DNA of 64,000 nucleotides, taken from positions 225,595-289,594 of the forward strand of contig JACPKP010000009.1 of assembly GCA_016186955.1 (NCBI GenBank). The letters are read 5' to 3'. The position numbers were made by a program, and so were the translations under genes. This document shows positions 37,006 through 45,147 of the stretch, piece by piece. A model generated the notes under the pieces. It saw nothing but the letters and a program-made list of their open reading frames with translations. It was not told the origin of the DNA and did not search any database. This DNA comes from Candidatus Daviesbacteria bacterium. Its GTDB lineage: Bacteria; Patescibacteriota; Microgenomatia; Daviesbacterales; UBA10151. Numbering within the stretch: the first letter of the stretch is position 1; every line of letters begins with the position of its first letter.

Positions 37006-39336
37006 TTATGATACTATTTTTACTTGCTTGTTAATACAATCTATTTCTAAAAACCGGGAGGATGAAAGATTAGAAAATAAAGTTTCTCCTGTCCCGATAA
37101 CAGCCGGTATACCCAACTCTCCCGCCCGGATCGCCATATGAGAATTAATACCTCCATACATAGTGATAAATCCGGCGATTTCGTGAGAGAAAATCCAATC
37201 ATACCCAGGATCGGCGCTTGGAATAAGTAAAATACTTTTTTTAATTTTTTTTAAATCCTGATTGGAGAAAGCAACATGCCCCTTGGCTGTTTGGTTAGTA
37301 ATAAAATTGGGATGAGATGGAGCGATATGGAAGGACCAAATATCTTCTGCGCTTTTTATTAACGGGGGAAGAATTATGTTGCTCGTTATTGAAAAATTTC
37401 TTTTTCCTTCTTCTATCGATTGCAACATCACATTTTTTTTATCAAAGCTTGATGTGTATAACTTCTTGATACAGTTAATGTCTAAAAATGCTAAATCTGT
37501 ATCACTGATGGAATATGAGGCGCCCAGGTTTTGAAGCAGGGACAAAAGATCGCTTAGCGAATAGGTAAAAATAAATTTAGCATACTCCCTGCCGTAGATT
37601 GCTTCTTTTATAAAATCAAATATCCCCAGGATATTGTGATCAATCCCATGCTTGTTTAAATATCGGTCTATTTGTTTTAGTTGTTCCAATGATAGACTGA
37701 ATTTACTTTTTTGCTCGGGGGGCCTTTTAAATTTTTTAAAATCAAAATATTTGTTTGGTTCTTCATCATAACGCTTGGATAAAATATCATAAGTTCCAGG
37801 ACGCAGGTGCCCATATTTTTTTAAAAAGTTTTTTTTGGACAACTTATTTAAATCCTTATTCATTTGGGAACTGATCGAATCTATTGAAAGCATAAAATTA
37901 TCATAATCTGCTTGGGATAGAATTTTCTCGGTAACTAATGATTTTAAAAGCTGGACAGCTATAAAGCCTGCCCTGGCAAGTCCTGCAAAAGGTAAGGTCC
38001 CATACCTCTTGCAATCCTCTAGCAGCCAATAAATTTTTGAAACAATGTCTAATTCGCTACCCAATATAGTTTTACGTCTTCTTTCAAGTTGATTAATTTT
38101 TTCAAGGTCTGTCCGCCAAAGCCCGGTTTTATTGTTAATAATCTGATTAGTTAGTGTCCTGAGACTTTCAATTAAGGATTTACATTCTTCGTTTGAGAAT
38201 CCGTCTTTTTTTAATAAATTTATTTTTGTATCTAAATCAAAAGTGTAACAAGAATAGACTATTTCAAATTCAATTTTATCATGAAGATTGGGTTGTTTAA
38301 TCAGTTTTTTTAAATAATAGTTAACTAATTTCTCAGCCAAATTTTGGTTCACTGTGGATGGTATAAAAGAGTTGAAATCAACTCTGACATCAATGTAGGG
38401 AAGTCCATGAAAATCTACTAATAGAGGAAAACTCCTTAAATTCTTATATCCATAATTATGTCTTTGGTAAGCCCAAATACCGTCCGTTATCAGTTCTTTG
38501 TATAGAGATAGCGCTAAAGGTTTGGGTCTGATACCAATAATTTCTGCAGGATTCCAGTCTGGCATGATACCGAACACCGTTTTTGATCCGCAAAGATAAG
38601 GATGTTTTCGGCTTAGGTCCCCAATTTTGTTATCTACTTCCACTAATACACTTGAAAGTTGGTCTATGTCCACATCCATTTTTATGAAACTGTTAAGAGG
38701 ACGGGCTTGCAAAAGATAGAGATGGTTTTGATAATCCAAAGCGAATTCAATATCCAAACTGTCAGATTTTGTTATTGACTCTAACTCAAAAATTAAATTA
38801 ATAATTTTTACTAACCTTATGGGAGCTTTTTTGGAGGAGTATTTATAAAAATAGTATGTTTTTAACTTATTTGATTTTCCTGAAGTTACAGAATCTGTCG
38901 ATCCTGTTTGGTCATCGTAGTTTATTACAATGTATGGACTTCCTGTATTTGGATCTTTACTAAAAGCTACACCTGACATCATGATATTTTTAAAATTAAG
39001 ATATGGTTGTATAAAAACTTGATTTTTTGGATTTTGATCAAAAGAGGAGATAACTTTTTCTATCGCTTCGTTTATCTTCGGTATACCTACAATATTTTGT
39101 ATAGAGGTATAGCGGCCTGCCAGAGACTGGTTAACACTGTCTTCATTGACTGCGCTACTTCGGATAATTAATTTTTTTTTACCCCACCCCTTTTTTTTGA
39201 TTTTTTCTAAAATATGGTTTTTTTTATCTATCCAGTCACCAACGGAAAAACTAATTTGTGGTAAGACCCGAGCCTTTTTCAGCAGCAGAGAAAGTTTTTG
39301 AAGCGTTTCCGCCTTTGTCACAAAAAAGTCATTCAT
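37006..39336 (-). CDS. PEP-synthase/PPDK/rifampin-phosphotransferase-like ATP-dependent kinase, Cj1418-like (candidate L-glutamine kinase)
   Basis: 776 aa. The C-terminal PEP-utilising mobile domain has a catalytic His (ITMYGGINSHMAIRAGELGIPAVIGTGE) about 40 residues from the C-terminus, as in Cj1418 (His737). There is a large N-terminal ATP-grasp/PPDK_N-like region. Confidence 0.65.
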   Translation of the reverse strand: MNDFFVTKAETLQKLSLLLKKARVLPQISFSVGDWIDKKNHILEKIKKKGWGKKKLIIRSSAVNEDSVNQSLAGRYTSIQNIVGIPKINEAIEKVISSFDQNPKNQVFIQPYLNFKNIMMSGVAFSKDPNTGSPYIVINYDDQTGSTDSVTSGKSNKLKTYYFYKYSSKKAPIRLVKIINLIFELESITKSDSLDIEFALDYQNHLYLLQARPLNSFIKMDVDIDQLSSVLVEVDNKIGDLSRKHPYLCGSKTVFGIMPDWNPAEIIGIRPKPLALSLYKELITDGIWAYQRHNYGYKNLRSFPLLVDFHGLPYIDVRVDFNSFIPSTVNQNLAEKLVNYYLKKLIKQPNLHDKIEFEIVYSCYTFDLDTKINLLKKDGFSNEECKSLIESLRTLTNQIINNKTGLWRTDLEKINQLERRRKTILGSELDIVSKIYWLLEDCKRYGTLPFAGLARAGFIAVQLLKSLVTEKILSQADYDNFMLSIDSISSQMNKDLNKLSKKNFLKKYGHLRPGTYDILSKRYDEEPNKYFDFKKFKRPPEQKSKFSLSLEQLKQIDRYLNKHGIDHNILGIFDFIKEAIYGREYAKFIFTYSLSDLLSLLQNLGASYSISDTDLAFLDINCIKKLYTSSFDKKNVMLQSIEEGKRNFSITSNIILPPLIKSAEDIWSFHIAPSHPNFITNQTAKGHVAFSNQDLKKIKKSILLIPSADPGYDWIFSHEIAGFITMYGGINSHMAIRAGELGIPAVIGTGETLFSNLSSSRFLEIDCINKQVKIVS

Positions 39337-39344
39337 AATTTATC

Positions 39345-39391
39345 TCGATAAAACCCCGACCGTTAAGTCGTAGGTAGATTCATTTTATCGA
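39345..39391 (-). promoter_or_regulatory. Nested inverted repeat (possible intra-operon RNA stem-loop / processing or attenuation site)
   Basis: A perfect 9-bp IR tcgataaaa ... ttttatcga (39345-39353 / 39383-39391) encloses an inner GC hairpin cgac-cgttaa-gtcg (39357-39370). It spans the MTase stop codon and the 43-bp gap before the Gln-kinase-like gene. Confidence 0.2.
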
Positions 39392-40138
39392 TTGGACTGT
39401 CCAGGCACGTGTTTTGTAAGCTGTTCGAATAAGGTTTTTACTGGATATAATTTTGGAAATTTCTTTTAAAATTTTTTGAAAAATTAATTTTCCTGCCTGG
39501 ACTTGGATGTCGTTTACAGATCTCCAGACCCCTAAGTATCTCTCTTTGGACATCAATTCAAAATGAGGAGCCTCCATAAAAACTAAATTTTTAAATTTTT
39601 TTCCGGAAGTTAAAACCTCCCCCCAGTTTTTTGTATTAGTTTGGGACCCTGAAGAAACTCTTTTAAGATTTGGAATAAAATTTTTAATAATTAATTCCAC
39701 AGCTTTTTCTACCTCGCTTTTTTCAATATCTCTCGGGTTCCACAAAATTGTAAGAAAACCGCCTGGTTTAAGTATACGGTAAAACTCCTTTAAGGCTTTT
39801 TTAGAATCTGCCCAATGGAAAGAAGAGGCCATCATAACCCAATCTACAGATGAATTTTTGAGACCTGTATCTTCTGCAATTCCTTTAGACCACATAAAGT
39901 TTTTTACAGACTTTTCACCTATTATCCTCATGTTGTTGCTTGGTTCAACTGCAAACCCCCCAATCCCAAAACAATCTAACATTGAGGTTAATTTACCTGT
40001 TCCAGCCCCAATGTCCGCAACAACAAAGCCCTCTTTTAGGGCGCCTATATAAGAGATAAGTGTTTTAATAATTATGGGAGAATAGCCTGGCCTGTTTGAA
40101 TAGTACTTTGCAAGAATAGAAAAATCTCCGTGTTTCAT
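39380..40138 (-). CDS. Class I SAM-dependent methyltransferase (candidate phosphoramidate O-methyltransferase)
   Basis: Motif I VVADIGAGTGKLT. It sits between the CysC-like and Gln-kinase-like genes and is coupled to both. Confidence 0.65.
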   Translation of the reverse strand: MKHGDFSILAKYYSNRPGYSPIIIKTLISYIGALKEGFVVADIGAGTGKLTSMLDCFGIGGFAVEPSNNMRIIGEKSVKNFMWSKGIAEDTGLKNSSVDWVMMASSFHWADSKKALKEFYRILKPGGFLTILWNPRDIEKSEVEKAVELIIKNFIPNLKRVSSGSQTNTKNWGEVLTSGKKFKNLVFMEAPHFELMSKERYLGVWRSVNDIQVQAGKLIFQKILKEISKIISSKNLIRTAYKTRAWTVQSIK

Positions 40139-40644
40139 TTTAATTTTAAAACTTGACGTACAATTTCATCAGGTAATTTTTTACCGTCATTTTTAATGAC
40201 CATATCGGGATTTAAAGGTATTTCTGGTTTTATGTCAACCCCTACTACATCTTTAATTTTTCCTGCATGATATTTTTTATATATTTTCTTGAGGTCTCTG
40301 CCAAATAAAACTTTCTTAGGAGCTGTAAGATAAATTTCCTTATAATTTTTAATAAACCTTCTATTCCAATTATGGCAATCATGGAAAAGGGAAATCGTTG
40401 CGCAGACAACATCTAACCCTTGATCTGAAAGCATTTTGCAAATCCTTGAATAAGTTTTAGCTAGTATCCTGCGGTCATTTATAGTGTGACTATGGAGATT
40501 ACCGAAAACCTTTCTCAGCTTATCTCCATCTAAATAAACTACGTTTTTACCGGAAGCCTGCAGTTTTTTATACAGTGCAAATCCAACTGTAGTTTTTCCG
40601 GTTCCGGAGATTCCGGTAATCCACCAAACAACCCCTTTTTTCAT
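40135..40644 (-). CDS. Adenylylsulfate (APS) kinase-like P-loop kinase, Cj1415-like (candidate cytidine diphosphoramidate 3'-kinase)
   Basis: VVWWITGISGTGKTTVGFAL...VYLDGDKLRKVF...RRIL is collinear with CysC (VIWLTGLSGSGKSTLA...LDGDNIR...RR). Confidence 0.7.
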   Translation of the reverse strand: MKKGVVWWITGISGTGKTTVGFALYKKLQASGKNVVYLDGDKLRKVFGNLHSHTINDRRILAKTYSRICKMLSDQGLDVVCATISLFHDCHNWNRRFIKNYKEIYLTAPKKVLFGRDLKKIYKKYHAGKIKDVVGVDIKPEIPLNPDMVIKNDGKKLPDEIVRQVLKLK

Positions 40645-41987
40645 CAGTTTATAGGTAATAGCTTTACCATAACTTGTTTTTTATTATAAAGATCAAACCA
40701 TGCTTTATAAGCCCAAAAACGGATAGCAAAATAATCCCTAATAATTAGTATTAAAAAGACAATAACCAGTATTGGTGTAAAGATTATAATAAATATAGCC
40801 AAAAGTATTTTTATCGCTACGGGATACTTTTGATAAACAGATATAACTTGTGTTGCCAAACTACTGTCAATGCTTCTTATGATAAACATTACCTTCTTTT
40901 GCGAGAGTTTAATTTGTTTTTGTGTGAAAAAAACAAGACGTTCTTTTAAAAGAGAAAACTCTGTTTTAAAAGGTAAAGCTAATGTTAAAAAAACAAATAG
41001 CTTGAGTAATTTATTTCTATACATATTACTTATTTTATACTCCCAATGCTTATACTTAGGATATGCTAGGCACAGCAGCCGAAATTGGTCAAAGCTGTTT
41101 AAATAACTTATTTTTCTATCAATAGTCTGGATTCCGATGCCGGAAATTCTTGGTGACTCAGGTCTATTCCACCATTTCTTACCGTCAAAAGTACTCTCCA
41201 AAAGATGGTTGTCCCAGGGAAGGTTTAACCATTTGCAGATTGCTCTCAAGGTCTCTTTATTTTTTTGGTGTAAATCTTCTAAACGGACCGCTTTTGAGAA
41301 TTTAGTGTAACTACTAAAAAAGGGTCTGAAACCATAGACATAGCGCTCCTCCTTTTTTCCCCAAAGTTGCATGTAATCACAAAGCATTTGAGAAACAGTG
41401 CATTCTAGAGTATTTACCGGAAGATTATTGAACAGGATGTGTTTAATCCCGGAGTTGATAGATGGGATGGGCGCCCTAACCATGTGCAGGAATTTTGCTT
41501 TGGGAAAATCAGATAAAAGATATTGAGCATGTTTTTTGGGTAGGCTGTGAATAGGAAAGAAGATTACTTTTGGTTGATGAATTTTTCTACCTAAAGCATA
41601 GGCATAAGAGAGGTAGGTAGCAATAAAAAAATTTTTTCTGGATGGATAAATTTTGCCCAAAAGATTTTTTAATAAACCACTAAAATGTTTTTCTTTAATA
41701 CAGACAGATTGATTCATTCTGGGTCCAAGCTGGTTTAGACCATGGCTTTCGGGAGCGCCTTTTTTAGTAAACCAATATTTATGATAGTCGGTAAAAGCAT
41801 TAATTAATTCCTCTGATCTAGAATACCTTTTACCATAACTTTCCCAAAAAGCAAAAAAAGATCTGCTATATAGGGCTGGAGTCATTAAAACTTTTGGGTG
41901 ATTGTCAAACAAGCTATGTAAAAAAAGGGTGCCACTGGAGCCATAGTTTTGGACAGCTACAACTGAGATATTTTTTGGAATTCTCAT
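40644..41987 (-). CDS. Sulfotransferase-fold protein with a C-terminal membrane anchor (candidate phosphoramidate transferase, or a genuine sulfotransferase)
   Basis: The N-terminal 5'-PSB-like P-loop VQNYGSSGTLFLHSLFDNHPKV resembles PRSGTTLLHxLLxxHPxV of Sulfotransfer_3 enzymes. The C-terminus has 2 TM segments (LKLFVFLTLALPF..., AIKILLAIFIIIFTPILVIVFLILII). Confidence 0.5.
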   Translation of the reverse strand: MRIPKNISVVAVQNYGSSGTLFLHSLFDNHPKVLMTPALYSRSFFAFWESYGKRYSRSEELINAFTDYHKYWFTKKGAPESHGLNQLGPRMNQSVCIKEKHFSGLLKNLLGKIYPSRKNFFIATYLSYAYALGRKIHQPKVIFFPIHSLPKKHAQYLLSDFPKAKFLHMVRAPIPSINSGIKHILFNNLPVNTLECTVSQMLCDYMQLWGKKEERYVYGFRPFFSSYTKFSKAVRLEDLHQKNKETLRAICKWLNLPWDNHLLESTFDGKKWWNRPESPRISGIGIQTIDRKISYLNSFDQFRLLCLAYPKYKHWEYKISNMYRNKLLKLFVFLTLALPFKTEFSLLKERLVFFTQKQIKLSQKKVMFIIRSIDSSLATQVISVYQKYPVAIKILLAIFIIIFTPILVIVFLILIIRDYFAIRFWAYKAWFDLYNKKQVMVKLLPIN

Positions 41988-42898
41988 AAAATATTTTTGT
42001 TGTACCAGGTAATAGTTTTTTTGATGCCATCTTCAATCTTTGTTTTTGGAACCCAGTTAAATACTTTTTTACAGTAGGAAGTGTCCATTACTTTATAAGG
42101 TGACCCATCAGGTTTTGAAGTATCGAAAACTAACTTTCCTCTAAAACCAGCAGCAACTTGAATCATCAAGGCAAGTTTTTTTATGGAAATTCCAATTCCT
42201 GAAGAGATATTAATAGGGAAAGGATCTGTACGGGTTTTGATTGATTTGATAAATGCTTCAACAAGGTCATCTACATAGACCCAATCCCTCACCGGTTTAC
42301 CGCTTCCCCAGACGGTAACTTCTTTTAAAGAGTTTTCTTTTGCATCCATAATTTTTCTGATAAGCGCACCCAGGGCATAAGATTTTTCGGGGTCAAAATA
42401 ATCATCGGGCCCGTAAACATTTCCTACAATCAAGTTTGAGTACTGTATTCCAAACTGTCTGTTAAATGCCATGGAATTAATATATGTATGCCTGCTGGTT
42501 GAGCCTATGACTAGGACCGATTCATGCATTGGGCCATTTCCCCAGAACTGTTCTTTCAAGAGACCATTATTTACCGGTGGGTAAGCTGAATTTGATAATA
42601 TATTAATTAATTTTTCAACCCCTGATAGTCTGGCGGATTCCTGAAGATTTAAACTAACTAAAGTGTTATTTATAAATATTTCCCCCGGATGTTTGTTGAC
42701 ATAGGAAATACCTCCGGTATCTATTGCGCAATTTATTATTATTTGAGGTTTTTGTTTTTTAAAGAATATTTTAGCTTGGTTAAGGTTTTTAAAATTAATT
42801 TTACCTGAGGTTATAACATTATAACCTCTGGTTTTTAATATTTTTACAGTTCTTTTGCCAATAAATCCGCCTGCTCCGGCAACGAAGATTCTTTTCAT
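41984..42898 (-). CDS. fcl: GDP-L-fucose synthase-like (Fcl/WcaG family) NDP-4-keto-6-deoxy-sugar epimerase/reductase
   Basis: MKRIFVAGAGGFIGKRTVKIL...LNQAKIFFKKQKPQIIINCA parallels the E. coli Fcl N-terminus (KQRIFIAGHRGMVG...LLDSRAVHDFF...IDQVYLAA). It has a short Rossmann start and is about 300 aa. Confidence 0.6.
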   Translation of the reverse strand: MKRIFVAGAGGFIGKRTVKILKTRGYNVITSGKINFKNLNQAKIFFKKQKPQIIINCAIDTGGISYVNKHPGEIFINNTLVSLNLQESARLSGVEKLINILSNSAYPPVNNGLLKEQFWGNGPMHESVLVIGSTSRHTYINSMAFNRQFGIQYSNLIVGNVYGPDDYFDPEKSYALGALIRKIMDAKENSLKEVTVWGSGKPVRDWVYVDDLVEAFIKSIKTRTDPFPINISSGIGISIKKLALMIQVAAGFRGKLVFDTSKPDGSPYKVMDTSYCKKVFNWVPKTKIEDGIKKTITWYNKNIL

Positions 42899-43861
42899 TT
42901 ACAGAATATTTTCCATATACCAACGGATAGTTTTATTAATTCCTTCATCGATACCGATCTTTGGTGCCCAGTGGAATTTTTTTCTGGATTTTGAGATGTT
43001 TATGGAGAGTTTAGTGGGGATTGTAGGTTTTGAAATATCATAAAAGATATTTAATCTTTTTCCTGATATGGCAATAATCTTTTTGACTAAATTTGCAATA
43101 GAAATTGATTTCCCAAGTCCTAAGTTAAAAACATCATAATCATAATCCTGTTTTTTAAGTACTAGTTCAATAAAACTGACCAAGTCTGAAACATATAATA
43201 GATCTCTTTCTTCTTCACCCTTACCCCAAACATTTATTTTATCTCCATCCTTGGCAGTTAACACCTTGGTGATTGTAGCCCCAAATACGTGAGATTTATC
43301 CAAATCATATTTATCATAAGGCCCGTAGATATTACTGTGGCGGATTACAGTAAATTTTGACCTTTTTAACCGAGAATAAAATTCACAAAGTTTTTCTACA
43401 TAAACCTTCATCCATCCGCCGCCAAAATAACTTGTGTACATTGGTACATTAAGATCTAAGTCAGTTTCTTTCACCGGTTTGCCGGTATTTGGTTGGTACA
43501 TTACAGTGCAGCTTAAAAAAATTACCTGGGGGATTGAATGGTCGTATGCTGCCTGCAAGAGCATAGAGTTCATGATTAAATTATTGGTGATATGGATGTA
43601 AGGCCTGGTGATTATGTCTTTTGCACCAGAAGTTACTGCAGCTGCCTGAATTAATACATCAAAGCCTTTGGTAATCCCGGAGACCTGATTTTTATTGGTG
43701 AGATCTGCCTTAATTAATTTCGGATTTTTAGAAAATTTGTTAGTATGGTATGTTCCATATACATCAAGGCCTTTTTTTTTGGATAGTTCCTCGAATAAAT
43801 TCCTGCCAATGAAACCGCTAGCCCCGCAAATTAACACCCGCCTTTTTTTCAAATATGGCAT
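42899..43861 (-). CDS. NAD-dependent nucleotide-sugar epimerase/dehydratase (extended SDR)
   Basis: VLICGASGFIGRNLFEEL. The track start at 43930 overlaps the divergent plus-strand gene, so the internal Met (MPYLKKRRVLICGASG) at 43861 is preferred. This is the first gene of the 16-gene minus-strand operon. Confidence 0.65.
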   Translation of the reverse strand: MPYLKKRRVLICGASGFIGRNLFEELSKKKGLDVYGTYHTNKFSKNPKLIKADLTNKNQVSGITKGFDVLIQAAAVTSGAKDIITRPYIHITNNLIMNSMLLQAAYDHSIPQVIFLSCTVMYQPNTGKPVKETDLDLNVPMYTSYFGGGWMKVYVEKLCEFYSRLKRSKFTVIRHSNIYGPYDKYDLDKSHVFGATITKVLTAKDGDKINVWGKGEEERDLLYVSDLVSFIELVLKKQDYDYDVFNLGLGKSISIANLVKKIIAISGKRLNIFYDISKPTIPTKLSINISKSRKKFHWAPKIGIDEGINKTIRWYMENIL

Positions 43862-43924
43862 CCTTATTGCAGAGTATATAACAAAGAGCAGGCTAAGCCA
43901 AGGACTGATATAATAGTACCCAAG

Positions 43925-44500
43925 ATGCATAGTTTGATTGTTTTAGCAGGTTTACCAGGCACTGGCAAAACAACGGCAGCAAAATATTTAACCCAAGTCT
44001 TAAACTATAAATATATCGACCAAAATAGTATCAGGAGACAATTTGGTTTTAAAAAAATGCCCAAAACCCAAGATAAAATTTTAAGAACTATTGATCAACA
44101 AATCTTAAAATATTTAACTTTAAAAGAAGGTGTTGTTGTTGATTCAGTCCATAGGTTCTCGTTCAGAAGGCAACAGCTTTATGGTATAGCATCTAGTTGC
44201 GATGCGAACGTTATAATCATAGAAGTTATTTGTCCTCAAGTTTTAGCAAAAGAGAGAATTAGAAAAAGGCCAAAGTCTGACGGTTTATTGTCTGACCCCA
44301 ATCAAATTAGAGTTTATGACAAGCTAAAAAATTTATGGGAAGAGATAGATATTGATTTTAAATATCCAGGCAACAGTCATGTATCTTACATTCAATTTGA
44401 CAGCAGTTTGCCAAAAGTAAATAGAAAATTGATTACTTCAGGTATGAATAAATTAATTAATGGGATAGAAAAAACGCTTTTAAATATTAACCGATGTTAA
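43925..44500 (+). CDS. P-loop NTPase kinase (AAA_33/zeta-toxin/CPT-like small kinase)
   Basis: Walker A at residues 8-15 (LAGLPGTGKTTAAKYL). 191 aa. The substrate is unknown. Confidence 0.45.
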   Translation: MHSLIVLAGLPGTGKTTAAKYLTQVLNYKYIDQNSIRRQFGFKKMPKTQDKILRTIDQQILKYLTLKEGVVVDSVHRFSFRRQQLYGIASSCDANVIIIEVICPQVLAKERIRKRPKSDGLLSDPNQIRVYDKLKNLWEEIDIDFKYPGNSHVSYIQFDSSLPKVNRKLITSGMNKLINGIEKTLLNINRC

Positions 44501-45147
44501 ATATTTTCCGGAAAATAAAAGCAGTAGGTTTTGATTTAGATAGGACACTATATAAAGAGAATCCACAAGTTGCCAATAAGATTAAAGTCAGTTTAGTTAA
44601 TAAAGTCTTAAACAAAAAACCAGAATTGAAGTCATTTAAGGAAGCTGAAGAATTTTATGATAAGTTATATATGGCCATTGGAAGTAATACGCAAACTTTA
44701 AGAAAAATAGGTTTTGTTAATGCAGAACAGATTATGTATGAATGTTTGTCAAATGCCGATATATCAGAATTTTTATCTCATGATGACAGACTTTGTAAGT
44801 TATTCAGTAAACTACAAAAAAAATATTGGCTTTTTTTAATTTCAACTAAACCGTCAGATTTAGCAAAAAAGGCTTTAATTAAATTGGGGCTAAGTCCGGA
44901 TATTTTTAAATTCTGTATTCATGGTGACAATCCTCAAGCCAAAACCAAAACAGATGGTTTAATGTTTAAATACTTGTTAAAACTATCTAAACTGGTTCCC
45001 GGAAAACATGTCTATATAGGAGATAGTTTAAAAGCGGATATATTACCTGCTAAAAACTTGGGGATTTTAACTATCGCTGTGGGGGATATTAACGAGGCAA
45101 ACGCTAAAATTTCCAATATTTATGAAATCGAAAATCTGTTACTTTAA
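44494..45147 (+). CDS. HAD-superfamily hydrolase
   Basis: Motif I VGFDLDRTLY, a later lysine, and a GDSLKAD-type motif IV (YIGDSLKADI). Confidence 0.55.
   Translation: MLNIFRKIKAVGFDLDRTLYKENPQVANKIKVSLVNKVLNKKPELKSFKEAEEFYDKLYMAIGSNTQTLRKIGFVNAEQIMYECLSNADISEFLSHDDRLCKLFSKLQKKYWLFLISTKPSDLAKKALIKLGLSPDIFKFCIHGDNPQAKTKTDGLMFKYLLKLSKLVPGKHVYIGDSLKADILPAKNLGILTIAVGDINEANAKISNIYEIENLLL

Noticed and set aside
33790-39336. I considered a phosphonate (2-aminoethylphosphonate) pathway: a PEP-utilising enzyme, a TPP-dependent decarboxylase and a LicC-like cytidylyltransferase.
   Set aside because: The 776-aa protein is PPDK/PEP-synthase-like with a phospho-His swivel domain, not an isocitrate-lyase-fold PEP mutase. 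The TPP enzymes are E1 alpha/beta-like, not phosphonopyruvate decarboxylase (ALS/PDC-like). No AEP transaminase is present.
40135-41987. I first read the APS-kinase homologue plus sulfotransferase-fold protein as a plain PAPS-dependent glycan sulfation system.
   Set aside because: No ATP sulfurylase is present in 64 kb. The kinase homologue is flanked by exactly the other three MeOPN enzymes (glutamine-kinase-like, amidotransferase-like, cytidylyltransferase-like), so the Cj1415-type cytidine diphosphoramidate kinase role is more parsimonious. Sulfation is kept as the alternative hypothesis.
43861-43930. The track shows divergent genes with overlapping start codons (minus-strand SDR start at 43930, plus-strand kinase start at 43925).
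   Set aside because: Overlapping divergent starts are implausible. The SDR has an in-frame Met (MPYLKKRRVLICGASG) at 43861 that gives a canonical Rossmann N-terminus and leaves a 63-bp divergent promoter region. I re-annotated it rather than treating it as a biological oddity.
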